A stretch of 64,000 nucleotides of DNA from assembly GCA_035285865.1 (NCBI GenBank), contig JAYKHS010000026.1, forward strand, positions 77,766-141,765. The letters run 5' to 3'. Below the pieces are notes generated by a model. It was not told where the DNA came from. It saw only the letters and a program-made list of their open reading frames with translations, and did not search any database. The stretch is from Candidatus Sericytochromatia bacterium. Its GTDB lineage: Bacteria > Cyanobacteriota > Sericytochromatia > S15B-MN24 > VGJW01. Made by a program: the position numbers and the translations under genes. The first letter of the stretch is position 1; every line of letters begins with the position of its first letter. This document shows, piece by piece, positions 28,750-38,384 of this stretch.

Positions 28750-29481
28750 TTAACGGCCTGCAAGGTCCGGTGCCGTGACGGATGCCCGTTCCCGACGCAG
28801 TCTGTCCAAGGCGCGCCTCGCCATCCCGGCGAGGCGTTCGTCTCCGCGTTGGCGCGCATCTGACTCGATGGCAAGCCAGAGTTGCCTCGCGAGGTCGGGG
28901 TCATGCCGACGCTCGGCCAGGCCGGCCGCCATCCTGAGCGCATTTCGGGCAAGGCTCTGGAGCCGGGGTTCGGCATCGGGTCTCCCCGCAGCCTCGAATG
29001 CATGAATGGCTCCGTCAATGTCCTTGAGCAGCAGGTACCGGACGAATCCGAGTTGGAAGAGCAGCACGCGATCGCCGGGACGATGCCGCAGGCCGCGTTC
29101 GAGCAGCGCTGCGGCGGGTTTCGGCAGTCCTGCGTCACCCAGGGCCCAGCAGCCGAAGCTGTAGGCCACCATGTAATCCGGGTCAAGGGTCGTGATGGTG
29201 TCGAGGCCTGCTTCGAGGTCGCCGAAGCGGCGTTCGCCTTCCGGGACGGCCACTACGGCACCGTCATGCTGCAGTAGGGCCAGCCAGGCCATGTCGGCCC
29301 ACAAGGCGTCGAAGTCCGTGGCCATTCTCTTGGCGTAGGCTGCCGGAAGTGGCCGGTAGTCCAGCGCTGTCTCGCCCGCCAATCCGGTCGCGGCCACGAT
29401 GTGGACGGAAATGGCCGTCACGAGGGAGGCCGAGAGCAGGAGGGCCGGCAGTCGTTCAGGCTTCACGGCGTTGGAAGGCAA
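28750..29481 (-). CDS. TPR-like helical pilus-associated protein
   Basis: ADMAWL...TTLDPDY..AY...LLERG helical repeats; sits with the pilus ABC transporter genes; start uncertain. Confidence 0.65.
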   Translation of the reverse strand: MPSNAVKPERLPALLLSASLVTAISVHIVAATGLAGETALDYRPLPAAYAKRMATDFDALWADMAWLALLQHDGAVVAVPEGERRFGDLEAGLDTITTLDPDYMVAYSFGCWALGDAGLPKPAAALLERGLRHRPGDRVLLFQLGFVRYLLLKDIDGAIHAFEAAGRPDAEPRLQSLARNALRMAAGLAERRHDPDLARQLWLAIESDARQRGDERLAGMARRALDRLRRERASVTAPDLAGR

Positions 29482-30220
29482 GGATACCGACGCACAGGGC
29501 TGCGACGGACCAGGATATTCCGTGGATCGCCGCCTGCGCGGCCAGTCCCGGAGTCAGGCGCTGCCCATGGATGACGCGGTTCTTGAGATCCAGCAGCGAG
29601 AAATCGGGAATCGCGTGTCCGATGGCTGTCATGATGGCCTTCGACAAGGGAGGTAGCTGGGTGGCCATGCCCGTGACGCTGTCCAGATTATGGCCCGTGA
29701 CATATAGGGCCAGCGTGGCCAGCAGGGTGACGGGCAGGGAAGCAAAGGCCGAGAATCCGACGGCAAGCGAACCGACGAGGATCGTCTGCAGCATGACCAG
29801 CGGGACCTGCCCGGCCAGGATCAGCGGGTCCATCCCGCGCGCGCCAAGCAGCCCGAGCAGGACCGCCGACTGGCCGAGGACCAGCAACGTGCCCATGGCC
29901 AGCAGGCCCAAGGCCTTGCCCAGCAGAAAGCTCGTCCGCGACACGGGTTTCGAGAGCACGAGGAAGCTTGTTCTCCGTTCCCATTCCCGGGGCAGCATCT
30001 GCGCACCGGCCACGGCCACGAGCAGGACCGACGTCACCTCCATGCAAGCGAAACCCAGGTCGGCAAGGATTCGTGCATCCTGGCCGAGCGACAGGCCGCC
30101 CAGGGGCAAGGCGCAGAGCAGGAGCAGCGCGGACGCCAGCATCGCCCCCGAGACCAGGCGCTCGCGCAGCAGTTCGCGCCACGTCTGGTGGGCCAGTGTC
30201 AGGACGTGTCCGAAGGACAT
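29456..30220 (-). CDS. Pilus-associated ABC-2 permease (PilI-like)
   Basis: Multi-TM; EWERRTSFLVLSKPVSRTSFLLGK; C-terminal FQRRE. Confidence 0.88.
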   Translation of the reverse strand: MSFGHVLTLAHQTWRELLRERLVSGAMLASALLLLCALPLGGLSLGQDARILADLGFACMEVTSVLLVAVAGAQMLPREWERRTSFLVLSKPVSRTSFLLGKALGLLAMGTLLVLGQSAVLLGLLGARGMDPLILAGQVPLVMLQTILVGSLAVGFSAFASLPVTLLATLALYVTGHNLDSVTGMATQLPPLSKAIMTAIGHAIPDFSLLDLKNRVIHGQRLTPGLAAQAAIHGISWSVAALCVGILAFQRREA

Positions 30221-30224
30221 CGTG

Positions 30225-30986
30225 TCAGACCGCGACGGCTGCGGTCTTCGGGTTGCGAACCGTTTCCATGAAGAGTGTTTCCAGGTCGCGGCCGTCCCGC
30301 GAGAGATCCGCGATGGCCGCTTCCGCTGCCAGTTGGCCCTCCACGAGAATACCGACCCGGTCGCAGATTTCGGAGACATCCGACAGGATGTGCGAGTTGA
30401 AGAAAATGGTCTTGCCCTGGCGTTTCAGGTCCAGGATCAACTCGCGGAATTCGTGACGGCCGACGGGGTCGAGGCCGCTCATGGGCTCGTCGAGCAGGAC
30501 GAGCTCTGGGTCGTTGATGAGGGCCTGTGCGATGCCGACACGCTGCAACATTCCCTTGGAATACTTCTTGAGCTGGACCTTGCGTGCATCCTGCATGCGG
30601 ACCTGAGTCAGAAGGCGGTCCGCACGCTCGTCGACGACCTGCCGAGGCAGTTTGAAGAGCCCGCCGCAGAAGCGCAGGAACTCTTCCCCCGTCAGGTGTT
30701 GATAGAAATAGGGATTCTCAGGAAGGTACCCGATACGGTTGCGCACATCGGGGTTTTCGGGGCTCTCCCCGAAGAGTCGGATCTCGCCACGGGTCGGACG
30801 GACAAGTCCGAGGAAAAGCTTCTGGGATGTGGTCTTGCCTGCACCGTTCGGGCCCAGCAAACCGAAGGTCTCCCCCGGTTCGATGCGAAGATCGAGGTCC
30901 GACAGGGCGTGGCGCGCCGGTTGCCCGATCTGCGCCGCATAGGTCTTGGAGAGGCCTTTGGCCTCGAGGACAGGCACGCTCATCAT
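30225..30986 (-). CDS. Pilus-associated ABC ATP-binding protein (Myxococcus PilH-like)
   Basis: GPNGAGKTT, YSKGMLQR, LLDEPMSGLDP and NSH. Confidence 0.93.
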   Translation of the reverse strand: MMSVPVLEAKGLSKTYAAQIGQPARHALSDLDLRIEPGETFGLLGPNGAGKTTSQKLFLGLVRPTRGEIRLFGESPENPDVRNRIGYLPENPYFYQHLTGEEFLRFCGGLFKLPRQVVDERADRLLTQVRMQDARKVQLKKYSKGMLQRVGIAQALINDPELVLLDEPMSGLDPVGRHEFRELILDLKRQGKTIFFNSHILSDVSEICDRVGILVEGQLAAEAAIADLSRDGRDLETLFMETVRNPKTAAVAV

Positions 30987-31056
30987 GGCTGAACCTAGTC
31001 TATACCAGAGCCGATGGCCAGCCGCCAGAGGCGACAGGCCCACGGAAAAACTCGGA

Positions 31057-31539
31057 TCAGGTGTTGTTGAGGACCGAGACCACGACGGCGTTGCCGGCCT
31101 TCTTGCCGACGCCAGTGATGGTGTACTGGTCGTTGGCGGTACCCGCTTCGGTGTAGCAAACGGCACCGTAGTGGTTCTCGGCGAAGGTACCCGTGTTGAT
31201 GCCTGCACCTAGTGAATCATTCAGCACGACCTTGGTGGGCGCAATGTTCGCGGTCTGGGCCTGGCCCCACGGGGTCTTGGGATAGGCACCGCCAGCCATG
31301 TACTCGGTCTTCTGGATCACGTTCCCATAGAAGTCTGCCTTCACAGGGTAAACGCCGGCATTGTCCACACCGTACTGTTCAAGTGCCATCTGCACACTGT
31401 GAGCGTTGGCTTGGACGCCGGCATTCTTGGCCTTGTCCTGGGCTCCCATGAAGTTGGGCACGGCCACGGACGCGAGGATGCCGATGATGACGACGACCAC
31501 GAGCAACTCGATCAGGGTGAAACCACGAGACTTGCGCAC
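31057..31539 (-). CDS. pilA: Type IVa major pilin
   Basis: RG/FTLIELLVVVVIIGILA N-methyl-Phe motif; first gene of the pil operon. Confidence 0.88.
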   Translation of the reverse strand: MRKSRGFTLIELLVVVVIIGILASVAVPNFMGAQDKAKNAGVQANAHSVQMALEQYGVDNAGVYPVKADFYGNVIQKTEYMAGGAYPKTPWGQAQTANIAPTKVVLNDSLGAGINTGTFAENHYGAVCYTEAGTANDQYTITGVGKKAGNAVVVSVLNNT

Positions 31540-31707
31540 CTGTTGGGCTCCATGTTCCGGGAAATGGGGGTAGTGGGTGAGGCGTTCCCCTCAAGGCGTC
31601 AGGTTAAACCATGGGCGGGGCATCCGGCTATCCCTCCACGGTTGAGCGTGACTGTGCCCCGTCTCAGAGCTGCCGACCCGGGTTTGTTGCATCCCTGTTA
31701 AGGGTGG

Positions 31708-31733
31708 GTTTGAGCCCCGGAGGCAAGGGGTAG
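31708..31733 (+). promoter_or_regulatory. Putative SigB/SigF-type promoter of the flagellar cluster
   Basis: GTTTGA-N14-GGGTAG, about 50 nt upstream of the fliK-like start. Confidence 0.4.
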
Positions 31734-31781
31734 ACAGGCATTGGGGGTGGTGTTCGGTCGCCCCCGATGAAGGAGAGTGTC

Positions 31782-32945
31782 TTGGCCTTCAACCCCCTGA
31801 GTCGGCTGGGAGGCGGTGGCATCGACCCCGCGCTGTCCCGGACCGCTGGTGGGCGTGGTCTGGGTCCGATCGACGCCGAGATCGACGCCAAGGCCAAGAC
31901 CATGGCGTCACTGGCGTGGCAGACGGCCGTGGGCCGCTCCGGAACCGCCGATCCCTCGCTCGAGGCCGCAGCGCGCCAGAAGCCCTCGGGGCCGACCTGG
32001 TTCGGCTTCCACAACGACGCCTCCATCCTCGCGCGTCTGGCCCAGCAGGGCGTAGCCCCAACGCCCGTGCACCTGCGCATCGCCCAGCAGATGCTTCGGT
32101 ACGGAGTCCCGCTTCAGCCTGCCAACATCGAGCAGATCCGGGCACTCTGGCAGGCTCTGGGTGGTTCGTCGCTCGTCGATCTCGAGGCATTGACAGCCCT
32201 TTTCGCTGCGGGTCTGCCAACCGACCCGGAAAACTTCAAGGCGATGTCCCGCCTGCTTGCCGGTGGGCCGGCCGCCCATCTGTTCGCACGGACAGCCATG
32301 ACGCTCAGGTCGGCCGGCCCGGCCGGCCCGCAGGCCGAGGCTCTGAAGCAATCGCTGCAGGCGTGGTGGAAGCTGGGCAACGGGCCCGAGATGCTGGCGT
32401 CCGAGATGCCCCAATTCCAGCAACTGTCGACCCGCATCCGCCAGCAGGTGACCGCGCTCTCGGGCGCTCGCCTGCCCGAACAGCTGGCCCAGGACGTGCA
32501 GGCCCTCGCCGAGCATTTCCGTGCCCACGAGATGCTTCAGCGCACGCCTCAGAACTCCCTCTACATCCCCTTCTTCCAGTGGCGCGACCAGCAGCCGTTG
32601 CCCGGGGAAATTCTGATCCACGCGGACCGCGACGGGCACGCCGAGCGAACTGGCCAATACGCACAGGTCACGCTGGCCATCGACACGCGCAATCTTGGCC
32701 GCATCACGATCGATCTGACGGCCAGCCGAGGCCACCTCGGCATCGCCTTTGAGGTGCAGGACGCCAGGATCAAGGCCTACATGGACGCCCGGACCCCCGA
32801 GCTTGGGAAGCGGATCGCGCCCAGAACCGGGTACGTGCTGGCCGGGATGCGGGTCGACGCCGTCGGCAACGGCCGCAGCATCTCGATCTTGCTGCCCCGG
32901 CGCAGGGATCTGCGCCGTTTGTCGCGCGCCGTGGGGGTCCTGTGA
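31782..32945 (+). CDS. fliK: Flagellar hook-length control protein FliK-like
   Basis: C-terminal VTLAIDTRNLGRITIDL...LGIAFEV...YMDARTPEL resembles the Flg_hook/T3S4 domain; AGGAG RBS before TTG 31782. Confidence 0.7.
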   Translation: MAFNPLSRLGGGGIDPALSRTAGGRGLGPIDAEIDAKAKTMASLAWQTAVGRSGTADPSLEAAARQKPSGPTWFGFHNDASILARLAQQGVAPTPVHLRIAQQMLRYGVPLQPANIEQIRALWQALGGSSLVDLEALTALFAAGLPTDPENFKAMSRLLAGGPAAHLFARTAMTLRSAGPAGPQAEALKQSLQAWWKLGNGPEMLASEMPQFQQLSTRIRQQVTALSGARLPEQLAQDVQALAEHFRAHEMLQRTPQNSLYIPFFQWRDQQPLPGEILIHADRDGHAERTGQYAQVTLAIDTRNLGRITIDLTASRGHLGIAFEVQDARIKAYMDARTPELGKRIAPRTGYVLAGMRVDAVGNGRSISILLPRRRDLRRLSRAVGVL

Positions 32946-33172
32946 GAGGCAATCGTCCTGACGACGACGCGCTTTGGAACAGCCTGGCGCAAGTGGCCGA
33001 AGCCTACGGGGCTCCGCCCGCCGAGGCCGCGGCCCTGACGCGGGTGCTCGGGCAATTGGACCCGCGTTCGGTGCCTCCCGAACTCGCGGCGGCTGTTGCC
33101 GAGACGCTTGGGTTCGTCTTCGCACTGGATCAGCAGGCTGAAGGAGCGGGCACGATGGAGGGACGTCGATGA
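32942..33172 (+). CDS. Small FlhB C-terminal-like protein (FlhX/YlqH type)
   Basis: SVPPELAAAVAETLGFVFALD matches the FlhB-CC consensus IPxELYxAVAEVLAF; the position after fliK is typical. Confidence 0.75.
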   Translation: MRGNRPDDDALWNSLAQVAEAYGAPPAEAAALTRVLGQLDPRSVPPELAAAVAETLGFVFALDQQAEGAGTMEGRR

Positions 33173-33900
33173 TCCGGGGCATCTACACCGCAGCATCCGC
33201 GATGCAGCTCAACACGCACATGGTCGACGTGATGGCCGACAACCTCGCCAACTCGGCGACCACCGGCTACAAGCGCAAGGAAGCCATCGTGCGTTCCTTC
33301 GGCGATGTGCTGGTGGACCTGACGGGGGATGCCGAGCCGGGGCGGGTCCAGCTTGGCGCCAAGATTGACGAGGTGGCCCGGGACGGCAAGGCGGGCAGCC
33401 TCCGGAGGACGGACGGGCTGCTTGACGTGGCCGTCGAGACCGACGATCACCAGATGCTGGCGCAGCGCGCCGACGGAACCCGGCTCTTCACGCGCAACGG
33501 CCAGCTCAGGCTGGATGCCGAGCGTTACCTCGTGACCAGTACGGGCGACCGCATCCTTGACGCCGGACTTGCTCCCATCGAGATGCCCCAGGACTTGAAT
33601 GGCCTGCGCATTGAGGCCGACGGCACGGTGCGCAGCACTGCCGGTGTCGTGGGACGCATCGGCCTGTTCACGCCCTCGGTGGCCCAGATGACGGGTTTCC
33701 CGGTGGCGATCGGTGCCTTGCTGCCGGCCGAAGGCGGCCGCCTGCAGCAGGGCTATCTCGAGTCGTCGAACGTCAATATCGTCACCGAGATGATGGGCCT
33801 CGTCGAGGCCAATCGCCACTTCGGCTTGGGCCAGAAACTCGTCACCGTGCATGACCAGTTGCTGCAGAAGGCCAGCAACGACCTCGGCCGTACCCAGTAG
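33169..33900 (+). CDS. flgF: Flagellar basal-body rod protein FlgF-like
   Basis: MIRGIYTAASAM...NLANSATTGYK, FTRNG and QGYLESSNVNIVTEM. Confidence 0.88.
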   Translation: MIRGIYTAASAMQLNTHMVDVMADNLANSATTGYKRKEAIVRSFGDVLVDLTGDAEPGRVQLGAKIDEVARDGKAGSLRRTDGLLDVAVETDDHQMLAQRADGTRLFTRNGQLRLDAERYLVTSTGDRILDAGLAPIEMPQDLNGLRIEADGTVRSTAGVVGRIGLFTPSVAQMTGFPVAIGALLPAEGGRLQQGYLESSNVNIVTEMMGLVEANRHFGLGQKLVTVHDQLLQKASNDLGRTQ

Positions 33901-33927
33901 TCCCCAGTTCCACGGAGGAATGTCGCC

Positions 33928-34707
33928 ATGATGCATTCGATCTGGACCGCTGCCACCGGCATGCAGGCGCAGCAGATGCGCATCGATGCCATCGCCAACA
34001 ATCTGGCGAACGTCAACACGACGTCCTACAAGAAGAGCCAGGTGGACTTCCAGGACCTGCTCTACCAGGCGGTGCAGGCCCCCGGGCAGGAGACCGCCGG
34101 CATGCAAGTGGGGCTTGGCGTGCGGCCGGCTGCAATCACGAAGTATCACGCGCAGGGCAATCTGCAGGTCACGAACAATCCCCTCGACGTCGCCATCGAC
34201 GGGCCGGGCTTCTTCCAGGTGACCACCACGGATTCCCGGGTCGTTGGCGGTCGGGCCTTCACGCGGGACGGATCCTTCAAGATCAATAATCTGGGGCAGC
34301 TCGTGACGTCCACCGGCCTGGTGGTCCAGCCCGAGATCCAGCTGGGCAACGTCACGGACATCCGTATCCGCGAAGACGGCATGGTGTTCGGTCGTCTCGG
34401 GGGCGCCGGGCCTGTCACCCAGATCGAGGGCATCCAGCTGGTGACGTTTCCCAACCCTGCTGGGCTGATGTCCATCGGCAACAACCTCTATATGGAGACG
34501 GCTGCCAGCGGTCCGGCCAACGCCCCTGCGGCGGGTGGCGCAAACGGCAATGGTCGCTTCGTCCAGGGGGCTCTCGAAGCCTCGAACGTCGAACTCGTGA
34601 CCGAGATGGTCATGATGATCGCGACGCAGAAGGCTTACGACACCTCTTCAAAAGCCATCAATGTTTCCGACAAGATGATGGAGTCGACCAACGGCCTCAT
34701 CCGCTAA
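33928..34707 (+). CDS. flgG: Flagellar distal rod protein FlgG
   Basis: ATGMQAQQ...ANNLANVNT...FQDLLYQ, FTRDGSF and LEASNV. Confidence 0.95.
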   Translation: MMHSIWTAATGMQAQQMRIDAIANNLANVNTTSYKKSQVDFQDLLYQAVQAPGQETAGMQVGLGVRPAAITKYHAQGNLQVTNNPLDVAIDGPGFFQVTTTDSRVVGGRAFTRDGSFKINNLGQLVTSTGLVVQPEIQLGNVTDIRIREDGMVFGRLGGAGPVTQIEGIQLVTFPNPAGLMSIGNNLYMETAASGPANAPAAGGANGNGRFVQGALEASNVELVTEMVMMIATQKAYDTSSKAINVSDKMMESTNGLIR

Positions 34708-34718
34708 CGGTCGGGAAC

Positions 34719-35459
34719 GTGAGCAACATGCGCGCAGGGGGATTCGCGGGGGTGGCCGTCGCCGCCCTCATGTTGCTGCTCGCTGTCACGCCCGGGGCCG
34801 AGGCTCGGCCGGCGCTCGGTCGCGTGGCTCTGGACACGGTGCGGGCTTCGCTGCAGGCGCAGTACCCGGGGGGCGAGGTCGAGGTCAAACCCCTGCTTCC
34901 CGAGATCTCCACCATGATCCCAAAGGGGGCGGTCGACCCCACGCTGCGCCTCTCGGGTCCCGTTCGCCAACTGGGACCGTCCGTGCCCGTTTCTCTGGAT
35001 GTCCTGGACCGGAACGGCCGCAAGATCGCCTCCGTGGTGCCTCGATTCTCCGTCGAGGTTTGGCGCAACCTGCCCGTGCTCGCTCGGGCGATGCCACGCG
35101 GCACGGCCCTCGCCCCCGCCGACATCGAGGTCCGGCGGCTCGCCCAGAGTCGCGTGACCGGCTCGGTTTTGCTTGACGTGGGGTCTTTGATCGGGGCCAG
35201 ACTGGTCCGCAGCCTCGCCAGCGGCAGCGTGCTCGTGACCCACATGCTTGATCTGCCTCCCGTGGTCCGCCAAGGGGCAACCGTGCGCGTGCACGTGCGC
35301 AGCGGGGGCCTCGAGGTGCTCGGACAGGGGACTGCACTACAGGACGGGCGCGTCGGCCAGGTCATCCGGATGGTCAATCCGACCTCGCGCAAGGACTTCC
35401 TTGCCAGGGTCCGTGACGCCGAAGTTGTCGAATTGGATCTCGGGGAGGAACTCGAATGA
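34719..35459 (+). CDS. flgA: P-ring formation chaperone FlgA
   Basis: Signal peptide, SAF domain and ALQDGRVGQVIRMVNPTS. Confidence 0.9.
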   Translation: MSNMRAGGFAGVAVAALMLLLAVTPGAEARPALGRVALDTVRASLQAQYPGGEVEVKPLLPEISTMIPKGAVDPTLRLSGPVRQLGPSVPVSLDVLDRNGRKIASVVPRFSVEVWRNLPVLARAMPRGTALAPADIEVRRLAQSRVTGSVLLDVGSLIGARLVRSLASGSVLVTHMLDLPPVVRQGATVRVHVRSGGLEVLGQGTALQDGRVGQVIRMVNPTSRKDFLARVRDAEVVELDLGEELE

Positions 35460-36082
35460 TGCGGAGCCTCGCGTGCCTCGCGGTGACCGCGGTGTTGGTC
35501 GTCGCACCCACCGATGCGGCGCGTGCCGACTCACTCTTCCCCGACAGCAACTATGGCGGGCTGATAAGCGATCAGGTCGGGGATCGGCGCATGGCCATCG
35601 GCCCGGGCTCCCTCGTCACGGTGGTCGTGACGGAGAACATCCAGGCCGAGCAGGCGGCGACGACCCGTACCATCAAGGATTCCAAGGTCTCTTCGTCGTG
35701 GGACTTCGGGTCGATCTTCGGCATCGGCGCCAATAACCAGGGCTCTTTCAACAATCAGGTCGAGATGTCCGGAAAGGCCGACTTCAACGGCGACGGCGTG
35801 ACGCGTCGGGGTGGGACGATCTCGATGCTTGTGGCGGCTCAGATCACGGAAATCCTTCCTGATGGCTCGATGCGCATCAAGGGTTCCAAGGATCTGGTGG
35901 TCAACGACGAGAAGTCGACGGTGGTGATCTCGGGCGTGGTCCGCCCGTGGGACATCGGCATCGACAACCGGATTCCCAGCGAGCGGATTGCCGGCTTCCA
36001 GCTCGAGTACCAGGGCTCGGGGCCCAACTCGGCGAAGACCACACCAGGCCTGTTCTCGCGTCTGCTGAACTGGCTGTTCTAG
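35456..36082 (+). CDS. flgH: Flagellar L-ring protein
   Basis: ADSLF, LVTVVVTE, ISGVVRPWDIGIDNRIPSERIA and PG...RLLNWLF. Confidence 0.93.
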   Translation: MMRSLACLAVTAVLVVAPTDAARADSLFPDSNYGGLISDQVGDRRMAIGPGSLVTVVVTENIQAEQAATTRTIKDSKVSSSWDFGSIFGIGANNQGSFNNQVEMSGKADFNGDGVTRRGGTISMLVAAQITEILPDGSMRIKGSKDLVVNDEKSTVVISGVVRPWDIGIDNRIPSERIAGFQLEYQGSGPNSAKTTPGLFSRLLNWLF

Positions 36083-36094
36083 GGGCTTGCCAAC

Positions 36095-37222
36095 TTGAGA
36101 CCCACACGCGCCATTCCCGGATGCCTGATGCTTGTCGGCCTCCTGCTGCTGCAGGCTCTGCCTTCACGAGCTCAGGTCCTGCAGGGTAAGCCTGCGCGGC
36201 TCAAGGACATCGCGACCGTCTCGGGAGCGCGATCCAATATCCTCCACGGCATGGGACTGGTGGTAGGCCTCGATGGCACGGGCGACTCCCAGACGACGGG
36301 TTTCACCGAGCGGGCCCTGCGCAACTTCATCCAGGCCGCCGGCATGTTCCCGACCGAGCGGCTGCGGACGCGCAACGTAGCCGTCGTTTCGGTCGATGCC
36401 CGCTTGCCGCCCTTCTACAAGCCCGGGCAGACCATCGACATCACGGTGTCGTCCATCGGCGACGCCCGCAGCCTAAACAACGGCGTCCTGATCCCGACCG
36501 CGCTCAAGGCCGCGGACGACAAGGTCTACGCCGTGGGCCAAGGGCCGCTGAGCACGGGCGGCTTCGGCATCGAGGTGAACGGTTCCCAGGTCAAGAAAAA
36601 CCCGACTCTGGTGGCGCGCATCCCGAACGGCGGGCTCGTCGAGCGAGAGGTGCCGGTCACGGTGCTCGATGCCAACGGTTTCCTCTACATCAATCTCAAC
36701 AATCCGGACTTCATCACGGCATCCCGCGCGGCCGCCGCCATCGGACGCTCCTACCTCGGCTCGGCCCAGGCCCTCGACGCCGGGACCATCCGGGTCTACG
36801 TGACCAACCAGTATCGCGACAATCTCGTGGATCTGGTGGCGCGCCTCGAGGGTCTCGAGGTGGCACCCGACGCCGTGGCCAAGGTCGTGGTCGAGGAGCG
36901 CACGGGCACGGTCATCCTCGGATCCAACGTGAAGATTGATCCCGTGGCCATCAGCCATGGCGGGCTTATCATCAAAGTCGAGACCAAGTTCAACGTCTCC
37001 CAGCCCAATCCATTGTCGGCCGGCCAGACGACCGTCACTCAGGAGTCCCAGGTCTCCGCCGAGGAGCAGAAGGCCAAGGCGGTCATCTTCGACAAGGGCA
37101 CGACCCTGGGCACGCTTGTTCGGGCCTTGAATGCGCTGGGCACCACGCCGCGCGACCTCATCACCATCCTGCAGAACATCAAGGCGGCCGGTGCCTTGAA
37201 CGCCCAGCTGGAGATCATCTGA
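36095..37222 (+). CDS. flgI: Flagellar P-ring protein
   Basis: RLKDIA...GLVVGLDGTGD, ERTGTVILG and ILQNIKAAGALNAQLEII. Confidence 0.96.
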   Translation: MRPTRAIPGCLMLVGLLLLQALPSRAQVLQGKPARLKDIATVSGARSNILHGMGLVVGLDGTGDSQTTGFTERALRNFIQAAGMFPTERLRTRNVAVVSVDARLPPFYKPGQTIDITVSSIGDARSLNNGVLIPTALKAADDKVYAVGQGPLSTGGFGIEVNGSQVKKNPTLVARIPNGGLVEREVPVTVLDANGFLYINLNNPDFITASRAAAAIGRSYLGSAQALDAGTIRVYVTNQYRDNLVDLVARLEGLEVAPDAVAKVVVEERTGTVILGSNVKIDPVAISHGGLIIKVETKFNVSQPNPLSAGQTTVTQESQVSAEEQKAKAVIFDKGTTLGTLVRALNALGTTPRDLITILQNIKAAGALNAQLEII

Positions 37223-37650
37223 TGCAGGTGCCCCCGCCACCCGGCTTGCCCCCGTCACGGGGGGCGCAGGCTCCTGCTCGCTTCGGGCAGGATCTGTCGG
37301 CCACGTTGCCCGGGGGCGTGCCTCCGATGTTGCCGCAGATTGCGGGTGCGGCCGGCGTTCGTCCCGTCGTGGGTACACCCGCCGGCGTGACGGGGAACCA
37401 GATGGAACCGGCAAATCCCGAGGAGGCGGCAAAGGCGTTCGCAAGCATCCTTTTCGGGTACATGTTTGCGGAGATGCGCCCCAAGGAAGAGGACAGTCTG
37501 CTCGGGGGCGGGGATACCGAGATGTTCATGGACTTCTTCGATCAGGCGATGGCCAGGAATTTCGTCGACCAGGGCAACCCCCTCGTCGACCTGATCGTGG
37601 ATCGTCTGTCGCCCAAGGACACCGGCAAGGGAGAAGCTGGTCCCTCATGA
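37222..37650 (+). CDS. flgJ: FlgJ rod-binding domain only (no muramidase)
   Basis: EEAAKAFASIL...MFAEMR...MFMDFFDQAMA. Confidence 0.75.
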   Translation: MQVPPPPGLPPSRGAQAPARFGQDLSATLPGGVPPMLPQIAGAAGVRPVVGTPAGVTGNQMEPANPEEAAKAFASILFGYMFAEMRPKEEDSLLGGGDTEMFMDFFDQAMARNFVDQGNPLVDLIVDRLSPKDTGKGEAGPS

Positions 37651-38369
37651 GTGACAAGCGTGCCACGATGCCGGGCTCCAAGGGGGCTCCGGCGCTTGAT
37701 GCCGCGCAAATCAAGAAGTACGAGGGTCTGGTACGCAGCATTGCACGCAAGCAGCTCGGCAAGCTGCCGCAGCACTACGAGCTCGAGGAGCTCATCGCGG
37801 ACGGCTGGATGGGGCTGATGATGGCGCATGACCGCTTCGACCCGGATCGTGGCGTGAAGTTCGAGACCTTCGCCACCTACTACATCCGTGGCGCGATGCT
37901 GGACAACCTGCCCAAGCTGCCCAAGCCGCCCAAGATCAAGGGGGAAAAGGGGCCCGAGGCGCCCGAAGGTGCGCCAGCCGAAGGCGAAGAGGAGGGCGAA
38001 GCAGCCCTGATGGTCAATCGGGTGACCGAACTGGCATACAGCTATCTGCTCTCGCTGGATGATCCTGCCGGTGGCGATGGGGACGACGGGTATTCGCGTC
38101 TGGACCAACTCGGTCGCTGGGACAACAAGCAGAAGGAGCTGGAGGAACAGGACCTGCACCGGATCCTGAAGCTGACCATCCAACTGCTCGAGGATCGCGA
38201 GCGTATCACGCTCGAGAATTACTATTTCAAGAACATGAGCTTCGCGGAGATAGGCGAGATGCTCGGTCTCTCCGAATCGTGGGTCAGCCGGATCCATCGG
38301 CGGGCGCTCAGTCAGGTGCGTCAGAAACTGGGCAAGAAGAAGTCGATCGACGACTTCATCAGCTGGTAA
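37647..38369 (+). CDS. fliA: FliA/WhiG family sigma factor (region 3 reduced)
   Basis: Region 2 (RFDPDRGVKFETFA..IRGAMLD), LLSLDD and region 4 (EIGEMLGLSESWVSRIH). Confidence 0.85.
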   Translation: MSDKRATMPGSKGAPALDAAQIKKYEGLVRSIARKQLGKLPQHYELEELIADGWMGLMMAHDRFDPDRGVKFETFATYYIRGAMLDNLPKLPKPPKIKGEKGPEAPEGAPAEGEEEGEAALMVNRVTELAYSYLLSLDDPAGGDGDDGYSRLDQLGRWDNKQKELEEQDLHRILKLTIQLLEDRERITLENYYFKNMSFAEIGEMLGLSESWVSRIHRRALSQVRQKLGKKKSIDDFISW

Positions 38370-38384
38370 GGGCAGGAGGGCGAC

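Noticed and set aside
31057..31539. Pilin as an electrically conductive e-pilin
   Set aside because: It has F1, F24 and Y50 but Ala at mature position 27, and it is a long pilin; the aromatic pattern is insufficient.
31560..31700. c-di-GMP riboswitch upstream of pilA (GGGGCA...GATAGCCGGATGCCCC on the minus strand)
   Set aside because: Only partial 3' resemblance; no GNRA tetraloop/receptor arms. An Infernal search against Rfam c-di-GMP models would be needed.
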